Shown piece after piece: positions 53,651 through 64,000 of a stretch of 64,000 nt of DNA. Position 1 is the first letter of the stretch. Each line of letters starts with the position of its first letter. This DNA is from Dicyema japonicum (taxonomy: Eukaryota > Animalia > Dicyemida). The position numbers and the translations under genes were made by a program. The DNA lies in the NCBI GenBank assembly GCA_011109175.1, contig RDEW01000062.1:1-64000 (forward strand), read 5' to 3'. Below the pieces are notes generated by a model. The model worked only from the letters and a program-made list of their open reading frames with translations. It was not told the origin of the DNA and ran no database searches.

Positions 53651-54230
53651 CAGTAAACTCTCTCAAATATGCCACTCTTAAATTTGCCAACATTTTTAAA
53701 AATTATTTTTATTGCCAACATTTTAACATTTTTAAAAATTTAAATAATTTAAAGCAAGCATGGGTCGGAATGTTCCTGCTGGAGGCTACACCAGACTTTC
53801 AATTGCTCAAAAAGTGGAAATATTGCGGTATAAAGAAACCAATAAATCAGCTTCATGTCAGACGATATGCAACAGATTTTTTTCGATATGCAACAGAATG
53901 AGAATCAGAACTTACTAACATAAATTTAACCGATGAAATCGTATCCAGAACAGATATTTATGATCTTATTGAATTAGAAGAATTTATTTCAACTGATTAT
54001 AGTGAAAAGGATGCAATTGATGATGAAGAGATATTAATCGCTATTGAGGAACAAGAAGAATCCGGTAGTGTAGAAGTACATGGGTCATTTAACAAGGCTG
54101 AAATGCTTTTAAAATTAAGAGAGATTGAAAATTATTTTCTAGAAAACATTGAAAATGACAATGATGCAGAATTCATTACTTTTATAAGAAGATATAAAGA
54201 AAATATTACAAATTCTAATAAGAGACAATA
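53651..54230 (+). mobile_element. Internally deleted pogo/Tigger-like element
   Basis: TA-CAGTAAACTCTC left end. MGRN..RLSIAQKVEIL CENP-B-like helix-turn-helix start at 53760, then an acidic C-terminal segment. The right TIR was not found. Confidence 0.55.
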
Positions 54231-54236
54231 GGGAAT

Positions 54237-54505
54237 TGTAGTATTTTTGTAATACAATTTCTTCAAATAACTCGGGAGTCTAATCTCGACCTGCTCAGAG
54301 GACCTTCGCAAGAATTACCTATTCACGTGGTCTAATAGCTGTCTAATAATTCATATATCGCACTTGAATGGTATTTAGGATTTTTAATCTAATCCGTATA
54401 TCAATTTTATATTATATCATCTTGATCTATCAAAAGCTTAGCGAACTTGTTTTCTTCTTTGCTTTTATACCTTATTTAAATATCATAGACCAAGAGTTGA
54501 CCATG
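54237..54505. repeat. About 265-bp dispersed repeat
   Basis: Copy of 45517-45781. Confidence 0.9.
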
Positions 54506-54699
54506 GTAGCTATAAATAAATAGAGAAACGTCTCCTGATTCAGACGAATGAGTAGAAGGAATTTTAACATGGATGTTTCTCTTTCTTGGGGTTGATATGA
54601 TTTTGAAAGTTCTCATTTGATACACATAAAATGATTTTTATTAAGTGTAGCGAGTTTTTATATAAGTTAAGACACAGAAGGTAGAGTTTTTTTAAGCAC

Positions 54700-54990
54700 A
54701 TCCGCGTTACCAGTAAACATCGCTCTTGCAGAACAAACTTTATTTAAGCAAAGAACAGTTGACATTGCTAATCGATGAGGGAGAACCAAAGAATGTTCTT
54801 CACTTTTTTGTTTTTTTCTTTATGTATGTCTTTTATAGACGATCCGGTTTCGCAGTGAAGTGTTCACTGATGACGGCGTCACTCGTCAAGCCAAAGCATA
54901 TGCGTGGAACCTTCAACCGAATGTACAAGATCGGGTTTCGAACTAGAGTCTTTCAGGCCTCTAGCCCGGCAACCGTCACACTGTACCACC
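54700..54990 (-). mobile_element. SINE family A copy
   Basis: Matches 25235-25490 and 51330-51630. Confidence 0.8.
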
Positions 54991-56189
54991 CAGCCAGAAG
55001 GCCAAGTAGAATACTAATATTCGCTGTGTACCCTTCTCTCGATCCAATCAAGTAAACGGCCCAAATTAGAAAATATTGTTCAGTCTTTTTAGAATTAGTC
55101 ATTGGAATTTTACTATGGTCAGCGTGGACGCATTTTTCTCCACTATCAGACGAAGGCTTACTTCGAAGAGATGTGAGCCTCGCGAAGGACTCTGATTGAG
55201 TCAGAAGCTCGAAATGGTGGTGATCATAGGGAACACCTTCATAATCATGGCCTCTTAACTAAGAGACTTTACTTGTTTTCTTTTTTCAAAAAATTAATTT
55301 ATTTCATTAAAAAAATAAATGTCAGACTAATATTTTTATTCATAGAGGTCTCAAAAGATGTTCAGTCCCTGATCGGCATCCAAAAAGAAATTCTGCCTTC
55401 CTTAATTTATTGGAATGGACTCAAAATTGCGAATATGAATGGGTGAGATGCTTAGAAAAGATGCATCTCATTCTGATGTGGGAACTGTACACCTGTGTTG
55501 TGCCTTTTCTCACAAAGAGTTTTCAAATCTTCTGAAATCATTTTTATTTTTTATTTTGAATTTCCAATGTTTAGAATTAGTTCAGGAATTGTATATTCAT
55601 CATTCGTCTATCGGAACTATGCTATTTCCTTTCTTATTCGTCTATAGTAACTCTTAAAGGATCTATGCTATTTCCTTTCTTAGATTCACTCTAAATATTT
55701 CAGTTAGAACAAACTCGTACTCTTAAGCCAATCATCGTGACCTTGCCATCTTATTTTTTCAAGAAAATTTCCATAATTTGGGTATCCTGCTCACTCTAAA
55801 AAATTAATGGGAGCGCCTATCAATTTGATGCTAAAAGTCGTCAACTTTCTACTGGTTACTAAAATTCGGGTAATTATATTATTTATTGACGGATTAATTT
55901 TTGATTTTTTGGACTGAAAATTACATAGAATTCTGGAAAATACAAACAATTCTGAAAAATTACAATAGAATTTTCAAATGGGGAAAAGACTAATCAATTA
56001 ATCAATAATATTCTGAAAGTATTCTAAACTTTATTTTTAAGTGAAAATTCATAATTTGGCTTTTTCCATTTTAAAAGATTTGCATCTTAATTAGCGACGT
56101 CAAGCAAAAAAACAGTTTGAATAATCGATTAAAAGTCTATGTGCCGCATTCGTGTCTATACGGAGACAAGATCGACTATTTTGCCTAAA

Positions 56190-56520
56190 CCTCTCTCCAG
56201 CAAGAAGAGTGCAGGCAGATCTCCAAACATATGACTTTGAAAGAAGTCGTTAGGCGAGCTATTTGACGCCGGGGGACACCTCTCCATGCTCGAACCAGTT
56301 GGTCTTTGCAGGCGTGACGGGAGACGAGGGATGACCATCTTCCGCTTTAAAGCTGGGAAAGGTCTTATCTGTGATGTCACATGCATTGATACGTTTGACC
56401 TTGCAACCTACTCCAGAGTGCCTCTTCTGCTGCTGAGAAGGCCGAAATGTTGAAAAGGGAAAAGTAAGCGGTCCTATCCAAGGATTTTTGTTTGTTCAAC
56501 TCATCATTGAGACGACTGGT
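56190..56520 (+). mobile_element. Decayed CRE-like REL fragment
   Basis: SAGRSP, MLEPVGLCRRDG, MTIFRFKAGKGLICDVTCID. Confidence 0.75.
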
Positions 56521-56704
56521 TTCCTTACGCAAGGAATATTAAGAGTAGTCAATTTAGATGGGGAACTTTATTGTTCAAATAGTTCAATTGAAATATTCGT
56601 CCTCTTGATTGCTTATTTATTTAAAACCAAGATTCACCGACAGATTAAAAGGAATAGGTAGTCGTCAGGTGATCCTGGCCTCTTTGTTCTGTGATATATA
56701 ACTA

Positions 56705-57050
56705 GTGGTATATGACAGTATAATTTTTAGCGGAAATTCACTTAAATTGTTTAATGCTTATCTCTTTAATGTGAAATGTGTATCTTATTTAATGCACAGT
56801 TATGCTTTAAAGATAAAATCACAATATGGTGATGTCAGGGAATTAATATCGAGAGTAAATGCTTTTGCTGTAAAAAATAAAAAATTGCTATTTTACGGTT
56901 TCCCTATTAATAATGTAATAAATAATTGATTAATATCAAGCCATGATTAATGATTGTCACTCCCTGCTAGAAAACATGTCATGAGTCATGACACATATCT
57001 TGTAATGTTAAGTAACACGTGGGAGACACTATTTAGGTGCAATTGTAAAA
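56705..57050 (+). mobile_element. hAT-type (CGGBP1/DUF659-like) transposase remnant
   Basis: FNVKCVSYLMHSYALKIKSQYGDVRELISRVNAFAVKNK resembles the C-x2-H core of these transposases. Recognised from memory. Confidence 0.5.
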
Positions 57051-57287
57051 TAGAAGCCTTGTATACTTAAGAGAACATTAGAGAATTGATTATTTTATTA
57101 AAAGCAGACCACCACTGTCCAAGTTATTCTAATTTTGGTTTGCACGAGAATCAAACCAGAAACATTATTGCATTGAATACTTGCTTATTTCATAACTTAG
57201 GTACGTCTCACTAATTTTGTCGTATAATCAACAAAAAACAAAATTTAAATATCCTTTAATTTTTAAATATTAAAATATTGATTTTTA

Positions 57288-58163
57288 TTAATTTTGTATG
57301 ATTTTCCTCAAATCCATAACACGTGTTCGGTCTAATTCAGAGAAAAACGTAAAGCCAAGCTGGTCTTCCAACAATTCCAGGTCAACCTGTCTGATTAAAT
57401 CCCATATCCCTAACCATGTAATTCAATATCCTATTCTCGAAGTCCTCATTCGTATTAGGCACAACGAAAGCACCAATATAGAGACCTTCCTTACTATGGC
57501 ACAGCACCACCTTGTACATGTGTGTGGGGACCCACACCTTGTCCTTTCCGATAACCTAAATGTCCATAAAGAATAAAACACGAATATTAATGACATTTTC
57601 GGTCGGAAAGTAAGCGGGGCCTGTTACTACCCAAATATAGTCGAATTTTCTGAGTAAAGATGACCTCACATAGTTTTCAATGTACCCCCAAATCATTGAG
57701 TTTTGTTTAATGTCCTGAGGGACAATATTTGTCAACAAAAATGTGTCACACATAGCTTTCTGGTCGAATTTAAAGTCGCCACATGGACTGAGGTGCCCAC
57801 GTGAGTATCCACTTCTTCTATAGTCTTGATCTACAGAGGCGAATCGGTGAATATCGGCATCTGGGCCAAATCGGCATTGTTTTCTATCAGATTCTCCTAA
57901 AATAGTCTTGTTAGCACATAACCTATGAGGCTGTCCTTGGAAAGCAAATATTGTGACCAAAGAGAAGTCCTTTTTGTTTGATCGTATTCCACTGTGTAAT
58001 ACTGGTAATTCCGTTCTACTGTATTTGCCACTGGAAGACCAAAATGTTTATGGTTAGGTACAACTAACATATGACAAATAGTATAACCAGTAGTATCATC
58101 AACTGGGCGAGTATATATAAGTAGTGCTGATAAAAATCCGAGTGAACCAGAAATTCCTCTCAT
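57288..58163 (-). CDS. ENDOG: Mitochondrial endonuclease G family nuclease, 4 exons
   Basis: KHFGLP, YDQTKRTSLW, DYRRSGYSRGHL (beta-beta-alpha-Me motif), TFLLTNIVPQ, VVTGP, VIG..VWVPTHMYKV, FVVPN. Introns of 26, 24 and 28 nt restore the frame. Confidence 0.9.
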
Positions 58164-58277
58164 TATAACGACATTTATTTTAATTTCAATAATGTTAATT
58201 ATTAATTTTCAAAAAAATATTCTTATTAATATTGATTTAATATACTAATTCTGTTTGAAGACATTTCAAATATCGCC

Positions 58278-59824
58278 ATAAAAATTTTTCTCGTTATATA
58301 CACACGCCGGCCACAACAAGAACCATATTCCACCTTCTTCACCCCCGATGATCTTGAAAAGGCTATTAAATTGCTACGTTCCACTTGTGCTTGTGGTCCC
58401 GACGGTATTTGCACTATTCATTTCAAACATCTTGGATCTCAGGCACGGGCCATAGTATCAAGACTGTACAAGGACTCAATCAACTACCATGCGCTACCTA
58501 AAATATGGAAAAACTCTCTGATTACGCCAATCCTAAAGCCCAGAAAACCAAAAGACGTTCCCTTTTCTTACCGCCCCATCTCAATAACTTGTGTTTTATC
58601 AAAAGTACTGGAAAATCTTGTGTTAATCGCATCTCTCCTGTTTTACATCTACCAGAGTTTCAACATGGTTTCAGGGCAGACCGTTCTACAACGACTCATT
58701 TGGGTTCTATCTCCAGTTTATTACTGACGGCTTCAACATGAGAACACATTTATGGACGGCCTTAGTATCCATTGACATACAGAAGGCCTTTGACTCTGTT
58801 CCGAGGAAACTCCTAACGCAAAAGATTTTTAACTCGAACTTGCACCCAAACATCAAGCTATGGCTGGAAAACTTCTTAACTGGACGACGCAGAAGGGTCC
58901 GTATTGATAAAACCACTTCAAAATCAAGACTACTTCCCAATGGAGTCCCGCAAGGCTCCCCTTTATCTCCTCTCCTTTTCAACCTATTTCTGCATGACCT
59001 ACCTACTACCAATGACCAGGGCACTATGTTTTTATCTTATGCGGACGACCTAATTATCGCTGCAAGAAATAAATCTCCTTCCATGGCTGTAGCAACTGTT
59101 CAGACACGCCTAAACCGAATTTTTGACTGGCTATCTGCAAATATGTTATGTGTATCAGCATCCAAGTCTCAGTTCACATTATTCACTACGGACAGAAGGT
59201 TTAAAAGTGGGCTTGAGTTATCCATCTGAAACACTCCCATCCCTTCTACGCGGACCCAGAAGATCCTTGGTGTAGTTTTCGACTCTCTGTTGACGTTCTC
59301 GAGTCACGTGAAGGAGGTGCTCGCCAAGGGTCTTCGGAAATGGAACATTCTGAATCCGATGATAAAGAAGAGCCCTTTCCCCCAGCTGATTGCATCAGCA
59401 AGGTCTATCAACAAGTAATCATACCGACCATTGAAAATGCCTGCTCCGCCTGGAGGTTTGCGATTCTCCTTTCGAGAGTGGACCGTTTGAACTCCCTCAG
59501 GCGGATAATTATGCACCACACGGACATCCCCATTGGCGACCTCGTTTTTGATGAGGCAACGTTGAAAAATAGCCAAGGTTTCCTACGTTTCTGCAAGGAA
59601 CTAGGAAAATCATTCAAGGAAAAGGTGGCCCATGCAGAGGAATTTCGGTCGGTAATAAAAAAAGTGCACACCGATTGAATTCCTTTGCAGAAGCAAAAGA
59701 AGACGCTTCCGGAGTGCGGTTGGATCATCAGAAGACCAATTGAAGAGAGTTCGGATGTTGATGGAAGCTGGGATCACCCAATTAGTTAGTTTTTTCCTGG
59801 TGCTCTTGGGGTTAAATAAATAAT
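58278..59824 (+). mobile_element. 5'-truncated jockey/I-like LINE, frameshifted
   Basis: GPDGI, SYRPISITC, QHGFR, DIQKAFD, GVPQGSPLSP, YADD. Tail GGGGTTAAATAAATAAT. 10-bp TSD AAATATCGCC (58268-58277, 59825-59834). Confidence 0.92.
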
Positions 59825-59899
59825 AAATATCGCCGAAAGACACATAACGAAGATTTAAACTTTTATGATCTAAACAAGCTGGCAAAATTATATTTCGAA

Positions 59900-60440
59900 A
59901 TCTCCCACAAAGACGATAAGGGTCATCCGTTTACTCAATTGCACAGAGAAAACCGAAGAAAGAGCCAGAATCGATATATTTTACCATAATGGACCTAGAA
60001 AATGTGCTAAAAAAGACTAGAAGACTCCCTCATGTGGCCTGATAGGATTCCCATTATTTTTCTGAAAAATCTGGGGATGTTATGTATTGCCGTCCAACAA
60101 GACTTTTCGACACATCAATTAACAAAAATTTCATACCAGCTTTTTGGAAACTTTTCATATACAAGCAATACGTCGAACCATATATCTCAAATGCGTGTGT
60201 TTCCGGGGATTGTTTATCTCTTGGAAAAATTCCATGAAAATCGAAGCTAGCCAAAAAGGCTTCTAAACTTTCGGAAAGATGGATTTTTAAAAAGTTCCAG
60301 TCTCCAATGCCTCGTCCCGTTGCCACTACGAGGATCTAGTTATACGGTGATACGTGTTTGTATGACTCGAGGAAGGCCATGATACCAATGCTGAAGTCTC
60401 TTTTAGAGCTGCTAGGATCACTTGATTAGTTAGTTTGATA
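59900..60440 (+). mobile_element. Decayed LINE 3' fragment
   Basis: YKQYVEPYISNACV. Ends GCTAGGATCACTTGATTAGTTAGTT. Confidence 0.6.
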
Positions 60441-61342
60441 TTTGAGGATATTTTAGTAGGAGCTACTCTAAATTTAGTAAAACATTAAAAATTCAGTTTT
60501 TTTGAATTAAAAAAATAAAAGTAATAAGAAAATGAAAAAAATTATTTTTAATAATGCGGCGGATTCGAGAAGTTTTACTGTACACGTTCTTTGCAGACCA
60601 ACATTTGCACAAGACAATATATTTGCAAATGTTTTAGTATTTGGATATGATTATTGCAAAATTTTATGTATTTGGGAATCCTGTAAAATTAAAAATCCTG
60701 TCGATTTTTAATGAGTTTACAATTATCGTCCTCCTTGAGAAGCACTTATATAAGCAATAAATGAAAGTTATCACCCTCGTTGAGAAACACTGATATAAGC
60801 GCTTGTTCACTAATCGCTTTTACCTTTCTCTATTTGAGGCCTGACTTTTACATCACTAAAGTCTTTACTGTCACTAATGTTCTACTAAATCTGCAACATT
60901 ATTATTAAAAACCAAAAATCACGAACAAATTAAGAGGGAAACATAACCATCAGGTAATCCTGGCTTTTCTAAGTACCTTCTTCATCCTCTTCAGTGTTCG
61001 CATGATGACCCGATCCACTTTCTGTACACTCGTACTACATGCGGATGCATAAAATTATTATTAATCCCGGAACACTGAGAAAGATAAGAGCATCACGTGA
61101 CGTCACTCCATCAGAAAAGGGAAGAGGAGGAAAAGAAGAAACAAACAAATCTTCAATCAAGCATCCACAGGGCACCATGCGATCAAATGCATAGGAGATG
61201 TCATTTCTTTTTTTTAAATAATTATTTTGAGTGGAATTACGAATTAAATTTAATCTGATTATATTAATTATTAATTTTAAAAGAACTTTATATAAATTTC
61301 TAAATAAATTTTTTATCGATAAACATTGATATTCTTTGTGTA

Positions 61343-62942
61343 ATGCCAACAAATATTAATGCCGTTGAGTCTACTAATTTGTATGATATAAAATCAGTAG
61401 ATTCCGATCAAAATGGATTCACTTTTCTTGGAGTATGTTCCTTAGTCAAAGTGATACGTCAAATAAGCGATTTATCAAAGCGAGCCTATTTTCTCTTTGA
61501 AAAAATTAACCGTGAAATTGACGAGGTCTCGGAAATCACAAAGGATTTCGTGGATAGAAAAAACTTGTTGGAAAAAAGAATAAATGAAAAGACGCTGGAA
61601 AATCAACCAAAAAACCGTTTTTAAAAAAATCTTTAAACTTGTCGAATCCATTCAGTTCTATGCCGCCAACACTGAAAAATACCTTCAGTGAATGTGAAAA
61701 ACCTTTGAATTTTTATTCCACCTTCAACTATGACCGAATTGCCAGAAAAAGGTCATTTACCAAAAATATTGAAAACTCCGAGGAGATTGAATATGTAAGA
61801 ATATTAAAATAATTAATTTAGATCATGAGACCAGACGATCACTTTCAGGAGACTAAGGACGATGGATTTGAGGTTTCACAACCACGCTTTAGTCGCAATC
61901 AATCAATTTCCTCCATTACTTCAGCCAATTTTCTTAGTAAGTCAATGTTTGCTAACAAAAAGACAAATATGCTGAAACTGAGAGACCTTCAAAGAATTCA
62001 GAGATATATCGTCCTTCTCGGAGAGATTTTGAACCGACTCTTTATGGAAATCAGCCACCTAAATCTTTAGCTGAAGTAATGATGGCGGGCTCATCTTTGA
62101 ATGTGGAGAAAAAAACGGAGCCTCCTTCCAGCAAAAAGTCGCAACCGCCTCCTTCAGTTCCAAAACCACTATTGACCATTCCTAATAAACCGGGAGTCAA
62201 CATGAATGTCCCAAAGCCAGTTTTGAACACAGATTTACATCAGAGATCAATTCATCAAGGTTATAGACCCCAACCTGGAAATACAAACCAACCATCAACC
62301 GAAAAGAATTCAAATGGAGGGACTAACTCATTTCTGAAACCTCCACCACCATTGGTTTCAAATAAGGACCTCAATGCTAACAAGGTACCCCCAAAATTCT
62401 GATCCCAACAAAAATTTTCCATTGGAATCGATTCATTGTAAATGGCAATCTGTCAACAAGAACAGACCACCAACTAGAAAGAATTCAAATGGGGACACTA
62501 ACTCAGTTCTGAAACCCCCACCACCATTGGTTCTAAATAAAAACCCGAATGCTAAAGAGATACACTCTCAAATTCTGATGCGAACAAAAATTTACTGTTA
62601 GAATCAATTCGGCAGGGTTGTACGCTGAAGCCAGTAAGGGAAACTGAACAATCGAAGACTACTTGCAGCTCAGTCACCAAATTTCCTCAATCTTCTTTAT
62701 TACCCACTAAATCGTCAGCGCCGAGTGATTCGGCTCCGACGAGTATACCGAATACGAATTTACTGTTGGAATCAATCCGTAAAGGCTGTACGTTGAATTC
62801 TGTACCCATTAAACAACATGAGAAGTCGAAAAATTCACACAACTTGCTGGTCTCTGCTTTGTCAGAAGTGCTAAATAGTAGGAGACAATGTCTTAAAGAT
62901 TCTTCTACTGAATCCGTTGAATCATCCTCGTGGTCTGATTAG
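61343..62942 (+). CDS. WAVE/SCAR-like actin nucleation-promoting factor with repeated proline-WH2 modules
   Basis: N-terminal VIRQISDLSKRAYFLFEKI (SHD-like), MPPTLKNTFSECEKP, PPPP tracts, NLLLESIRQGCTLKPV and NLLLESIRKGCTLNSV WH2 motifs, C region ALSEVLNSRR, acidic tail ending SWSD. Apparent frameshifts near 61622, 62395 and 62570. Confidence 0.8.
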
Positions 62943-63689
62943 GATTTATCTAGTTAACTATTTATTCTATGTATAGTTGTCTAGTATTTACGTTCAATTA
63001 AGGTATATCCAGTCTTCACGGTGAGAATAAGAATCAATCTATCTAAGCATAGCGTCATATGTATCTGCCACTATGGAGACACCTAGAGTAGAGATAGATT
63101 TTTTTCGGATGCAGGCCAGGAAGTCAACATCTCCTGATACACGTGGAACAACTGACTACTCTTAGGATTTGAAAAAAGGACAGAGCAGAATAGAATCCTT
63201 CAACCAAGTAGATAGCGGTGTGGGAATTCAACCCTCAGCTATGTCACATAGTAAACGAGAAAGTTCCACTCTGACAGCTCTCGGAAAAAGCAGTTCTTAA
63301 GTTTTAATCTCAGGAGGTCGGCGTTCCAATGTCTTTTTCTCTTCGAGGTTCATATGGCACGCGTAGAAAGTCATCTACAATTTTGGTCCAGGTTTGGTAT
63401 TTTTTCCCGGAAGTGAGATTTCCCTGAGTGTTCTTTGGATATCAGTTCATGTTCTCGTATGTTTCTGCAGTTAGTGGATTTAAGTAATGGGAAGATTAGA
63501 TGGTTGACTCACGTGATTGTTCGCGATATTAATGCTCCTCATTTCAAGATGGACACCCAAAGACAGGATTTTCGACACTCAGTGCAAGTTCCCAATGTGT
63601 AGGCTTACCATCCGTCGCGGATTGAAGCTTTGTCCCGGAATTTCCGGATTACCATATTTATTATTTAGTAATGTAGTATTGTGAGAATA

Positions 63690-63960
63690 TTTTTTTACCC
63701 AAGATCGCCGGATTAAAAAAGTTAACTACTAACTAAGTGATCCCGGTTTTCCGGGTTCTGGCTCTCGTTCGGGGTCCTCGAAGATCCAACAGAATTAGTA
63801 AAAACGGGGACGGTCCCATTCTCCATAAATTCCCCGCATTTTCTAGATAGTCAGATATAGAGAGTGAAAGCGGATAGCCGGTTTTTATTGCCCACTGTAG
63901 AAATGACTTCACTCCCCACCTTAGATGTTCTTTAACGTTCAATACGTCCGTCACAGTTTT
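63690..63960 (-). mobile_element. LINE 3' end fragment
   Basis: ORF ends RKTGIT-stop followed by TTAGTAGTT..CTTGGGTAAAAAAAT, the shared tail. Confidence 0.6.
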
Positions 63961-64000
63961 CTTATTTTCAAGACAGCAAGTTGTGCGGATTCTAATTTTT

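Noticed and set aside
54866-54890. CTGATGA in SINE-A copies as a possible hammerhead ribozyme core
   Set aside because: No GAAA at the required position after a stem II, and no cleavage-site stem.
61035-61352. 105-aa minus-strand ORF divergent from WAVE
   Set aside because: The first half is low-complexity AT-rich promoter sequence and there is no motif. The adjacent DNA looks like a LINE 3' remnant.

Overview
AT-rich, highly compact metazoan nuclear DNA. It is not prokaryotic, and no CRISPR arrays or rRNA were seen. Host genes are split by ultra-short spliceosomal introns, mostly 21-28 nt, so the ORF track hides or fragments them. Parsing the introns by hand gave nine genes: choline dehydrogenase, a CLPTM1L-type membrane protein, a miniaturised PRDM3/16 (MECOM/EGL-43) zinc-finger factor, STE24 protease, selenophosphate synthetase with an in-frame UGA, CDC6, mRNA capping enzyme, endonuclease G and a WAVE-like actin regulator. 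There are also two tRNA genes (Thr-UGU, Pro-UGG). The intergenic space is filled with retroelements (CRE-like REL elements, jockey/I-like and RTE LINEs, several SINE-like families) and DNA transposons (Tc1, pogo, hAT), many with readable target-site duplications. Intron size and gene content suggest a genome-reduced animal parasite such as a dicyemid or myxozoan; this is inference. Most notable: (1) a Sec-UGA gene with a candidate SRE hairpin and a GUGA-type SECIS; (2) frequent stop-free 24-nt in-frame introns; (3) a Tc1 transposase carrying a host-style micro-intron; (4) a 3'-terminal signature shared by many unrelated retroposons; (5) a WAVE-like protein with multiplied WH2 motifs. Several genes show homopolymer frameshifts that are probably assembly errors.
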